Shown: one piece after another, positions 1 to 8,187 of the stretch
Position numbering within the stretch: position 1 is the first letter of the stretch
How the letters are laid out: each line of letters opens with the position of its first letter
NCBI GenBank assembly: GCA_000747625.2
Contig: JQDQ01000168.1
Span: 1 to 53,656 of the forward strand
Origin: Smithella sp. SCADC
GTDB lineage: Bacteria > Desulfobacterota > Syntrophia > Syntrophales > Smithellaceae
DNA: 53,656 nucleotides
Reading direction: 5' to 3'
Program-made: the position numbers and the translations under genes
The notes under the pieces: model-generated
What the model was told of the DNA's origin: nothing
Database searches by the model: none
The model's input: the letters and a program-made list of their open reading frames with translations, nothing else

Positions 1-311
1 CGTCTCGGGTACATGATCCAGGTGCCATAAATATCCGCCTGCTGCTTTTATCCATTTCCGGAAAAATTTAACAGCCCCGCTTCTTTCCACCACATTAATA
101 TCGCCAATACCAAAGAGATAGCGAAGACGATAGCCATGATGTCATGGACAGTTGCCAATCCTTTCAGTCCGCCGAAGATGGCTCCTAAAAAGTTCAGTTC
201 TTTGAACATCATCCCCAATCCGGTGAGACATAAAAGCAGGCAGGAGATGGCTAGCATCCAGTGTACAAATCTCTCATATGCTGAAGTTACTTTAACCATT
301 TTTTTACTCAT
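1..311 (-). CDS. fdnI: Formate dehydrogenase gamma subunit (cytochrome b); runs off the window edge and is frameshifted near 55-69
   Basis: ATG at 311 after GGAGG; ERFVHW..LTGL and second heme His (VHD) in TM helices; frame stops at 48 but the -1 frame (57..1) continues KWIKAAGGYLWHLDHVPET, the expected FdnI continuation. Confidence 0.85.
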
Positions 312-312
312 T

Positions 313-1119
313 TTATGCACCTCCCTGCTTCTTATTGTCTTGATCGTAATGCTCCGGATGGGGTCTGTGCGGCCCGTGGATGAAGTAATGTAACAACGAA
401 CCGCCTACCACACCGCCTGCGGCCAGCAGGCTCAGGGGCTTTAACAAGTTTTTCCACAGACCAATAGACTGCGGCACCTTCGGATCTGTCGGCAGTTCGT
501 CGTAAACTTCCGGCTTGAACTGCAGAACGTAAATAACATGCGTGCCGCCGACAAATTTATCTCCGTAAACGTTGGCGTCGCCGCCCAGTTTTTCAACCTT
601 CGCGTAAGCTTTCTTGATCATCTCGTCTTTCGGGCCGATAGTCAGTGCGCCGGTAATGCAGGATTTAACACAAGCCGGCGGAAGGTTTTCCTGAATGCGG
701 GAATAACACAAATCACATTTGGAAACCTTTTCCGTCTCTTTGTTATAGCGTGGAACATCAAACGGACAGGCCGAAATGCACTCTTTGCAGCCGATGCATT
801 TGTCACGATGAACACCCACCGTCTTGATGTCTGTATAATAAAGAGCGCCGCTGGGGCAGACCTTTACGCAGGAAGCGTCGGTACAGTGCATGCAGCCGTC
901 CTTGCGGAAGATCCACTGGAATTTGCCGTTTGCATCTCTATGTTCCTGAAAGCGCATCAGCGTCCACGTATTCCACTGCAAGTCGGGCGGATTCTGATAA
1001 GTGCCTATTTGTTTTGTCGGCAAACCGGGCAGTTCATTCCACTGCTTGCAGGCGACCTGGCAACCGCGGCAGGCGGTGCACAGGGTTGTATCAATCAATT
1101 TTACAAGTTCGTTTCCCAT
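313..1119 (-). CDS. fdnH: Formate dehydrogenase beta (Fe-S) subunit with C-terminal membrane anchor
   Basis: CTACRGCQVAC, CMHC..CVKVCP, CIGCKECISACP, CDLC..PACVKSC motifs; C-terminal TM; lies between alpha and gamma. Confidence 0.95.
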   Translation of the reverse strand: MGNELVKLIDTTLCTACRGCQVACKQWNELPGLPTKQIGTYQNPPDLQWNTWTLMRFQEHRDANGKFQWIFRKDGCMHCTDASCVKVCPSGALYYTDIKTVGVHRDKCIGCKECISACPFDVPRYNKETEKVSKCDLCYSRIQENLPPACVKSCITGALTIGPKDEMIKKAYAKVEKLGGDANVYGDKFVGGTHVIYVLQFKPEVYDELPTDPKVPQSIGLWKNLLKPLSLLAAGGVVGGSLLHYFIHGPHRPHPEHYDQDNKKQGGA

Positions 1120-1130
1120 AGTTTATTCTC

Positions 1131-4100
1131 CTATAACTTGGTTACGTTGACCATGAACGCCTTGTACTCGGGACAGAAGGTATTCGCGTCACCAACGCTT
1201 GGGGTTAAAAAGTTCGTGCTGTCATCCTTGGTGTCCTTGGGAAAGAGCCAGCCGTAATTGAAGGGCATGCCGACCTGATGCACGGTTTTTCCTTCAATCG
1301 TAAACGGTTTGAGACGCTGGGTCACCATGGCCACACAGGATGTGACTGCCCCGCGAACCGAACTGACCTTAACGTGTTCACCGTTTTTAATTCCTAATTT
1401 CTCAGCCAGTTGGCCGCCGATTTCTATATATTGTTCCGGCTGCGCTTCCAGGAGCCACGCCTGCCAACGGGTTAACGCGCCGGAGCACCAGTGCTCCGTA
1501 CAGGAATACGTTGTGCAGACATACGGGAATTTTTCGCTCGCCCTGGCTATCTTGTCCATGTCACTGTTGAAAATCTCAATAGCCGGATTGATGAGCTGGC
1601 CGGACATTGGATTTTTAGCGAGCGGTCCTTCCAGCGGTTCATAATGTTCCGGGAAGGGACCATCAGCCATATTTTGGCCGAAGAAAGCGCCCAGACCGTC
1701 TCTTTGCATGATGAAGGGATACTTGCCTTTGGCTTTATCCGCCATTGGCGGCCAGGGGCCATCGGGCACATCGCCCACCCATTTATCGCCCTTCCATTCC
1801 AGAATATTGCGTTTGGGATTGTAGGGCTTGCCGTTTAGATCAACGGAGCAACGGTTGTAAAGGATGCGGCGGTTAACCGGCCATACATAAGACCAGTTGG
1901 GATAAAGACCAAGACCTGTCGGATCATCCTTACCGCGCTTGGCCATCTTGTTTTCACCATCCGCGCCGAATTGACCGCAATGGACCCAGTTGCCGGAACA
2001 AGTTGAACCGTCGTCCTGAAGGTTGCCGAAACCCGGCACGCACTGACCTTTTTTGTATAAGATCTTCGTGCCTTTTGCCTTGTCTTCGATAACCGTATCT
2101 TTCAGGAAGCGGCCGTTCATCTGTTTGGCCACTTCCAAAGCATCAAAGTGTCCCTGCTTATCCAGATAGTCCCAGTAAAGATTCAGGATGGGTTCCGTAT
2201 GAACGCCGCCTTCCTTGGCATACAGCTTTTTAACGGCATCCATGATTTTGATCGTAATTTCGCCCACGGGAATGCACTGGTCCGGTCCGTCACAGGCCTT
2301 CTGCTTCCACTGCACCATGCGGCCGGAGTTGGAAATGCTGCCTTCCTTTTCCATGGAGGCGGAGGCGGGCAGCAGAAACACTTCCGTTTTGATATTCTTG
2401 GTATCGACACCGGGACCTCTCCAGAACTGGTAGGTTTCATTGTCGAAAATGTTTTCGCCGATGAGCCAGTCGAGTTTTTCGAGTCCCTTGCGCACCTTGC
2501 CGGTATTGGGCGAACTTACGGCGTTATCCGCGCCAATGCAGAAGAATCCCTTGATCTTGCCCTTGTACATCTGGTCGAACATATGCATCGTGGAATAGTG
2601 TTTCCCGTCGTCTATCTTGGGCAGCCAATTATAGCCGAATTCGTTTTCCTTGGTGGCTTTGTCACCGAAGAATGCTTTCATGAGGCTGTTAAAGAACTTC
2701 GGATAATTCTGGTAGTAGTTTGCTGACTGGGGATCTTTGGATACAGGCGTATATTTTGTTAAATATTTTTCCAGCGTATCGAGCGAAGCTGACGGCTGTT
2801 TCATATAACCGGGCAGGATGTGATACAAAATCGCCTGATCGGTCGAACCCTGAACATTGGGTTCGCCGCGCATGGCGTTGATGCCGCCGCCCGCGATACC
2901 CACATTGCCCAACAGCATCTGGACGAGTGTCATGGCGCGGATGTTCTCTACGCCAACGGTATGCTGCGTCCAGCCCAGGGCGTAGCACTCCGTACCTGCC
3001 TTGTCCGGAACGCCGGTGGAGCTATATATCTCGTAAACCTTGAGGAGATTTTCCTTGGACACGCCGGTAATGCTGGAAACCTTATCGAGCGTGTAGCGGG
3101 AATAGTGCGTTCTCATTAACTGGAACACACAGCGGGGATGTTGAAGTGTCATATCCCGCTGAGGAATGCCGTTGGCATCTTTATCAAAGGCCCATGTATC
3201 CTTGTTGTACTTACGCTTACCGGCATCGTAACCGGAGAAAAGACCGTCTTTAAAATAATAGTCCTTGCTCACGATAAATGAAGCGTGGGTGTAATTGAGG
3301 ACATATTCCTTAAAATATTTTTTCTTCTCAATAATGTAGTTGATCATACCGCCCAGGAAAGGGATGTCCGTGCCGGAACGAAGCGGCACATGGAAATCAC
3401 AGCGGGCGGATGTCCGGGTAAAGCGCGGATCGACATGAATCACCTTGGCTCCTTTTTCCTGGGCCTTCGTGACCCACCTGAAGCCCATGGGGTGATTCTC
3501 CGCCATGTTGCTCCCCATGATGAGGATGACATCAGCATTTTTCATGTCAATATAATGGTTTGTCATGGAACCGCGTCCGAAAGACTCGGCCAAAGCTCCG
3601 ACGGATGGGCTATGGCAAACCCGGGCCTGGTGATCCATATAGACGATGCCCAGAGCGCGCGACATAGCGGTTATCAGCCAGCACTCCTCGTTGTCCACAT
3701 TGGAACTGCCATAATGGCCGATCGCTTCGCAGCGGTTGACCAGTTCGCCCTTGGCATTTGTCTTGATGAAATTCTTGTCGCGGGTGTCCTTGATCAGTCT
3801 GGCCATCCGGGGCAGTGCCCACTCCCAGTCCTTTTCCTCCCATTTGTCACCGCCGGGCCTGCGATAGAGAACCTTGCGCAGGCGGTGTTCGTTGGCCTCC
3901 GTCATCTGAAAGAAACCGGACCCCTTGGCGCAAAGCGCTCCCTCGTTGATCGGATGGTCGGCGTCGCCTTCAATGTTGATGATCTTGTTGGTTGCCTTGT
4001 CCGTGCTACAAACGAGCCCGCAGCCGCAGGAACAGTAACAACAAATCGTCGTTGTCTGTTTGGCGATCTTGACGCGGTTCATCTTGTTCAATTCGTCCGC

Positions 4101-4202
4101 ATAAGCCCGAGTCGGACTGAGATTGAACCCCAGAGACGACAGGGCAACCCCGCCTCCGACAGCCCCGGACACCTTCAAAAAACCTCTTCTGCTGATGTTC
4201 AT
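1131..4202 (-). CDS. fdnG: Formate dehydrogenase-N type alpha subunit, Tat-exported, Cys (not Sec) ligand
   Basis: SRRGFLK Tat motif; CCYCSCGC..C Fe-S motif; HQARVCHSPSV active site; RGEPNVQGSTD; C-terminal PEYKAFMVNV. Confidence 0.97.
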   Translation of the reverse strand: MNISRRGFLKVSGAVGGGVALSSLGFNLSPTRAYADELNKMNRVKIAKQTTTICCYCSCGCGLVCSTDKATNKIINIEGDADHPINEGALCAKGSGFFQMTEANEHRLRKVLYRRPGGDKWEEKDWEWALPRMARLIKDTRDKNFIKTNAKGELVNRCEAIGHYGSSNVDNEECWLITAMSRALGIVYMDHQARVCHSPSVGALAESFGRGSMTNHYIDMKNADVILIMGSNMAENHPMGFRWVTKAQEKGAKVIHVDPRFTRTSARCDFHVPLRSGTDIPFLGGMINYIIEKKKYFKEYVLNYTHASFIVSKDYYFKDGLFSGYDAGKRKYNKDTWAFDKDANGIPQRDMTLQHPRCVFQLMRTHYSRYTLDKVSSITGVSKENLLKVYEIYSSTGVPDKAGTECYALGWTQHTVGVENIRAMTLVQMLLGNVGIAGGGINAMRGEPNVQGSTDQAILYHILPGYMKQPSASLDTLEKYLTKYTPVSKDPQSANYYQNYPKFFNSLMKAFFGDKATKENEFGYNWLPKIDDGKHYSTMHMFDQMYKGKIKGFFCIGADNAVSSPNTGKVRKGLEKLDWLIGENIFDNETYQFWRGPGVDTKNIKTEVFLLPASASMEKEGSISNSGRMVQWKQKACDGPDQCIPVGEITIKIMDAVKKLYAKEGGVHTEPILNLYWDYLDKQGHFDALEVAKQMNGRFLKDTVIEDKAKGTKILYKKGQCVPGFGNLQDDGSTCSGNWVHCGQFGADGENKMAKRGKDDPTGLGLYPNWSYVWPVNRRILYNRCSVDLNGKPYNPKRNILEWKGDKWVGDVPDGPWPPMADKAKGKYPFIMQRDGLGAFFGQNMADGPFPEHYEPLEGPLAKNPMSGQLINPAIEIFNSDMDKIARASEKFPYVCTTYSCTEHWCSGALTRWQAWLLEAQPEQYIEIGGQLAEKLGIKNGEHVKVSSVRGAVTSCVAMVTQRLKPFTIEGKTVHQVGMPFNYGWLFPKDTKDDSTNFLTPSVGDANTFCPEYKAFMVNVTKL

Positions 4203-4495
4203 GAACTTCTTCTCCTTTCCCGAAATTTAAAAATCTCCATTTAAGAGCGCATCTTCCCAAAACTTGAAAAGATGCTGTTACAGCTAAACTTAGCTATTGC
4301 TGCCGGCGATCACGACCGGCGCAAGTTGCGTGTTCAGAAAATTATGAAGAATGCGGGTTTGGATTTTGACAACCAAACACGGCCTCCTTCCTGTTCATTG
4401 CCGCCTTTCCGCGGCAGAACATGCTGGAAGCTAGTTGGTCTGCGGGAGGAAAGAAGCGGCAGGACTATCCGTTCGGAACCTTACAGGTTCCTTAA
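4203..4495 (-). promoter_or_regulatory. Highly structured 5' leader of the fdn operon with an internal SD and short uORF candidates
   Basis: Several hairpins on the minus strand (GGAACCT-GTA-AGGTTCC; TGCCGC-GGAAAG-GCGGCA; GCCGG-T-CG-TGAT-CG-CCGGC; TAGCTA-AGTT-TAGCTG; GCATCTTTTCAA-GTT-TTGGGAAGATGC); AAGGAGG at 4389-4383. Confidence 0.6.
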
Positions 4496-4848
4496 CGATA
4501 GATCATGTGCGATAGTTTTTAAATAAAGCTGACATTGCCTTTCCCTTTTTTTATCTATATCAATTGCGGGATACCGTGACCGAAAGTCATATAAAAGTCA
4601 ATATGTTATATAAAGCATAAATACAAAAAAGACATCAGCGTTTAATTTTTTATCAATGATAATAATAAGATAAATGGTATCGCGTTCGTTGGATAGGGGA
4701 TAGTGATTATATCTTAAAGATATACGAATTATTCCTAATATTTATTTATGTTTTTTTTGATAATAATGTTAAAATAACAAAAAATTAAAGGTCACGTACC
4801 TGATGTTATATTTTAAACCTCTAATAAAATCATACAAAGGAGGATGTC

Positions 4849-5058
4849 ATGAAGTACGGTGCAAGAAATCAAATTGTCGGGAAAGTGGAAAGCATTAAGA
4901 AAGGCGCGGTCATGTGCGAGGTTAAAGTAAAAACCGCGGGCGGCGATTTTATGGAATCGGTCATGACAACGAACTCGCTGAAAGAACTGGGCATTAAGAA
5001 AGGCGATAAGGTTAAAGTTGTGGTCAAAGCGGTAAATGTTTTGCTGGTCAAAGAATAG
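4849..5058 (+). CDS. mop: Molbindin / Mop (single TOBE domain) molybdate/tungstate-binding protein
   Basis: 69 aa; GARNQIVGKV..SVMT..S.KELG.K.GD.V.VVVKA; GGAGG SD. Confidence 0.92.
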   Translation: MKYGARNQIVGKVESIKKGAVMCEVKVKTAGGDFMESVMTTNSLKELGIKKGDKVKVVVKAVNVLLVKE

Positions 5059-5148
5059 TAAAAATTTAAGAGGCACCTTTCTTAGCGAATGGCGGCTCTT
5101 TTTTTGCAATTCTTTTAAAAGGGAAGGAAAATACCTTCCCCGGAGAAT

Positions 5149-5466
5149 CTAGCAACTGCAACATGATCCGCAATTGCCGCCTGTTGCAGGAGCGAGGCTG
5201 GACGTTAATTTAAATCCGGACCCGTGTGGCGTATCCAAAAAATCAACACTGATCGGTTTTGCTTGATTCAATATGTCCTTATCAATAACAAATTTTATTC
5301 CTTTTTCTTCAAACACTTCATCATCGCTGCCCGGATCATCCAGAGCCATTCCCAAAGCGGGACCGGCGCAGCCCATAGACAATGTAATCCGCACAGCGGA
5401 ATCGGTTTTCTTTTCCCTAATGAAGTCTTTAATTACTTCTGACGCCTTTTCTGTAACGGTGAGCAT
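5149..5466 (-). CDS. HesB/IscA-like Fe-S biogenesis protein, Cys form of the HesB-like selenoprotein family
   Basis: MLTVTEKA, MGCAGPALGMALD, C-terminal CGSCCSC; GAGGAGG SD. Confidence 0.88.
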   Translation of the reverse strand: MLTVTEKASEVIKDFIREKKTDSAVRITLSMGCAGPALGMALDDPGSDDEVFEEKGIKFVIDKDILNQAKPISVDFLDTPHGSGFKLTSSLAPATGGNCGSCCSC

Positions 5467-5706
5467 TAAATTTCCTCCTCTTTGAGTGAATATTGTTATT
5501 CACCTTTGCTCGTAACATATCCATGCTTCATCATAAGTCAATCAAATTATTGTTTTTGTATATCTTGCCCAGGAAAAACGCGAATTGACTTGAAAATAAA
5601 ATGAATAATACATCCATATATATTCCTTTTAGTTATTTGACATATTCTTTCATATCATATATAGCTGCCGCGAATCAATGATTATTATCCAATGGAAGGA
5701 GAATAT

Positions 5707-6144
5707 ATGGCTGAAAATATAGCAAGCAAAGAGTGGGAACCGAAAATCGCTGCCATCGTCTGCAACTGGTGTACTTACGCGGGCGCCGATCTGGCGGGCA
5801 TCAGCAGAATTCAGTATCCGCCGAATGTGCGTGTTATCCGCGTTCCCTGCACGGGAAGAATAAATCCTTTTTATATTGTCAAGGCCCTTCAGGAAGGCGC
5901 CGATGGCGTTCTGGTTTCCGGTTGTCATCCGGGTGAATGCCACTATATATCGGGAAATCTGGTTGCGCGCCGCAAGTTTGCGATGCTGAAAAGTTTTCTG
6001 AATTACATCGGCATAGAAGGCGACAGAACCATGTTTACCTGGGTGTCTGCTTCTGAAGGCGATCGTTTTGCCCAGGTCATCAAAGGCGTTACGGCCAAGG
6101 TCAAGGCGCTGGGACCTGCGAGCAAGTTGGTAAAGAAACTTTAG
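5707..6144 (+). CDS. mvhD: MvhD/FlpD [2Fe-2S] subunit (methyl-viologen-reducing hydrogenase delta), stand-alone
   Basis: CNWCTYAGAD, RVPCTGR, GADGVLVSGCHPGECHY, WVSASEG; ATG 5707 after AAGGAG. Confidence 0.92.
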   Translation: MAENIASKEWEPKIAAIVCNWCTYAGADLAGISRIQYPPNVRVIRVPCTGRINPFYIVKALQEGADGVLVSGCHPGECHYISGNLVARRKFAMLKSFLNYIGIEGDRTMFTWVSASEGDRFAQVIKGVTAKVKALGPASKLVKKL

Positions 6145-6186
6145 GAAGAAAACGGTTTACGGCAGGGGAAAAGGGACAGATTTTAT

Positions 6187-6372
6187 CTATTTTATCTTCT
6201 TTCTCAGCCGTCCTTGCCCTCGAGATTCGATACGACGGTTGATTTTTGTTTCTATTTTGTCAATGAACCGATTGCTGTCCGTTAATTGAACTCGCTGCAG
6301 CGATTTGCGTCTCAGTTCCCATTTGCCTTTGGGAATAGAATCTTTCACCCAAGCCTCATAACGCTCCTCGTA
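6187..6372 (-). pseudogene. C-terminal remnant of an IS200-like/REP-associated tyrosine transposase (RAYT)
   Basis: Open minus-strand frame with no start: YEERYEAWVKDSIPKGKWELRRKSLQRVQLTDSNRFIDKIETKINRRIESRGQGRLRKKIK*, resembling RAYT C-termini; followed by AAATCTGTCCCTTTT and preceded by GGGTCAGGTCATGCAATATT, end motifs I associate with such elements. Confidence 0.6.
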
Positions 6373-6403
6373 ACAACGAAAACTAATATTGCATGACCTG
6401 ACC

Positions 6404-6534
6404 CTAGTACCTACTTGCAGAGAAACGATGTCATCTCGAAGGAACGGAGTGACTTAGAAATCTGCGAGATCACTAAATAGATTTCTCCCTGCGGTCAAAA
6501 TGACAAATCACGAACTTATGCAAGTAGGTACTAG
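6404..6534. mobile_element. MITE-like palindromic element (family A core) with perfect 16-bp terminal inverted repeats
   Basis: CTAGTACCTACTTGCA...TGCAAGTAGGTACTAG around core GTCATCTCGA..AGAAATCT-spacer-AGATTTCTC..AAATGAC (6430-6504). Confidence 0.8.
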
Positions 6535-6656
6535 GAGGCTGTCTGAGAACTCAAAAAATGATTTCTCGACCACATTATATTGTATTTGTTAACATAATAA
6601 CACACTATATATTGTGGTAATAAATTTGACTTAGCTATTCTCGGACAGCCTCCTAG
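6531..6656. mobile_element. Non-autonomous MITE with IS5/IS1182-like ends at a CTAG site
   Basis: CTAG-GAGGCTGTCTGAGAA...TTCTCGGACAGCCTC-CTAG (1 mismatch), AT-rich interior; shares the CTAG at 6531 with the preceding element. Confidence 0.75.
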
Positions 6657-6728
6657 GCATCCTCTTCCCTTCATTCTGCGGCGAACTCCGGACGCACTAT
6701 ACACAGTATTTCGGTAACCAAGATTGAC

Positions 6729-6774
6729 TTGACATGAAGCGAAAAAAGAATATAATCGCTTCATAATATGAAGC
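6729..6774 (+). promoter_or_regulatory. Sigma70 promoter of the fic gene overlapped by a palindromic operator
   Basis: TTGACA(6729)-16 nt-TATAAT(6751); ATGAAGCGA-N13-TCGCTTCAT plus a third half-site ATGAAGC at 6768. Confidence 0.75.
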
Positions 6775-6789
6775 AATAAACGGTGACAA

Positions 6790-7899
6790 ATGACTCAGTA
6801 TTTATGGAAACGTCCTGATTGGACTCATTTCAGATGGAAGAATGAAGACATTCTTTTTGCGCTTGGTGAATGCCGGTTGCTGCAGGGAAAACTCTTGAGT
6901 AAAGTGACCGATCTTGGATTTCTCCACGAAAACCAGGCCCAGCTTGAAATATTAACTGGGGAGACCTTAAAAACCGCCTTAATCGAAGGCGAGAGCCTCA
7001 ATGCTCAGACCGTTAGATCGTCGGTTGCAAGAAAGCTCGGGCTCCTTTCGGCGGGACTGAGAGTAGACCATTATATTGACGGACTCGTCTCTATTCTCCT
7101 TGATGCCACAAAAAATCATGATGAACCTCTTACACAGAAACGTCTTTTCGGCTGGCAGGCGGCACTTTTTCCGACGGGCTATTCCGGTATCCACAAAATC
7201 AGAGTAGGTAAATGGCGGGGGGATAAGCCCATGCGCGTCGTGTCGGGTCCCGTCGGTCATGAAAATATTCATTTTGAAGCGCCTCCCTCTGAGCGCATAC
7301 CCGTGGAAATAGGCTGGTTTCTTGAATGGTGGAAGGTGAGCCGGGGCAATTTGGAAGGATTGTTGCGGGCGGCCATTGCTCAATTCTGGTTTGTGACCAT
7401 CCATCCATTCGAGGATGGCAACGGCCGTATCGCCAGAGCCTTGACCGATATGGCCCTGTCACAGGATGACCGGCAATCGATAAGGTATTATAGTCTTTCT
7501 TCTCAAATTATGGCAGAGCGGAATGCCTATTATAATGTTCTTGAATACTGCCAGAAGCATGATGGCGACATTACGGAATGGCTCAATTGGTTTCTTGGCT
7601 GTTTCTGCAGGGCCATCAAGAGTTCTGAAGAAATGTTGGCGACAGTCCTTAATAAGGCCTCATTCTGGAAATCACATTCGAACTTTTCACTAACGGAGCG
7701 GCAGCGTAAAGTCATAAACCGGTTGCTCGATGCAGGAAAGGGCGGTTTTACAGGTGGACTTACAACCAAAAAATATGTTTCTCTGGCCAAAGTCAGCAGA
7801 GCTACAGCCTTTAGGGAGATAGAGCACCTTATGAAACTTGGAATACTTAAACAGAATCCCGGCAGAGGCAGGAATGTAAGCTATGATTTGAATTGGTAG
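6790..7899 (+). CDS. Fic family protein (DUF4172-type N-terminus, Fic domain, C-terminal winged HTH)
   Basis: W..PDW..F.W N-terminus; HPFEDGNGRIAR Fic motif; VSRATAFREI HTH. Confidence 0.92.
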   Translation: MTQYLWKRPDWTHFRWKNEDILFALGECRLLQGKLLSKVTDLGFLHENQAQLEILTGETLKTALIEGESLNAQTVRSSVARKLGLLSAGLRVDHYIDGLVSILLDATKNHDEPLTQKRLFGWQAALFPTGYSGIHKIRVGKWRGDKPMRVVSGPVGHENIHFEAPPSERIPVEIGWFLEWWKVSRGNLEGLLRAAIAQFWFVTIHPFEDGNGRIARALTDMALSQDDRQSIRYYSLSSQIMAERNAYYNVLEYCQKHDGDITEWLNWFLGCFCRAIKSSEEMLATVLNKASFWKSHSNFSLTERQRKVINRLLDAGKGGFTGGLTTKKYVSLAKVSRATAFREIEHLMKLGILKQNPGRGRNVSYDLNW

Positions 7900-8043
7900 C
7901 AGATGTGAATTGAGTCAGTGAAATGAAGAACACCTGTTCGCCGATTATCTCGATATGAATTTTAAATTACGTCATTAATCATGTTCTCCGAGTGCTTTAA
8001 TGTTTTTTGACTAATCTCCATAAAATGTGCTAAACATCTTAAT

Positions 8044-8172
8044 ATGTCCTCCGCTGGCGGAGGTGTCCCGAAGGGACGGAGGTGGACAAAGAAATGTTGG
8101 ACTGTAGTTCGAATGAATATTAAAGCTTAATTGAAAAATCCACCCCCTTGATCCCCCGCCGGCGGGGGACAT
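8044..8172. repeat. Palindromic intergenic repeat, family B, copy 1
   Basis: ATGTCCTCCGCTGGCGGAGGTGTCCCG..GGGACGGAGGTGGA-spacer-TCCACCCCC..CCCCCGCCGGCGGGGGACAT. Confidence 0.85.
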
Positions 8173-8187
8173 AAAAGGAAAACGGCT

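Noticed and set aside
3600-3630. Selenocysteine in FdnG
   Set aside because: The active-site codon is TGC (Cys) and the ORF has no in-frame TGA
3285-4244. Long antisense ORFs (3285-4244, 538-1257, 25470-26420 and similar)
   Set aside because: Shadows of well-supported genes on the opposite strand
4203-4500. Canonical Moco/tungsten-cofactor riboswitch before fdnG
   Set aside because: Context fits and the end GGGAAAGGAG is reminiscent, but I could not find the typical core segments; not called without a covariance-model search
4272-4526. 84-aa plus-strand ORF
   Set aside because: Antisense to the structured fdn leader, with no SD or recognisable domain
4570-4820. Full TunR or ModE palindromic site
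   Set aside because: Only half-site-like motifs, with no properly spaced partner
6531-6776. 81-aa minus-strand ORF
   Set aside because: Runs through a MITE and the fic promoter; likely spurious
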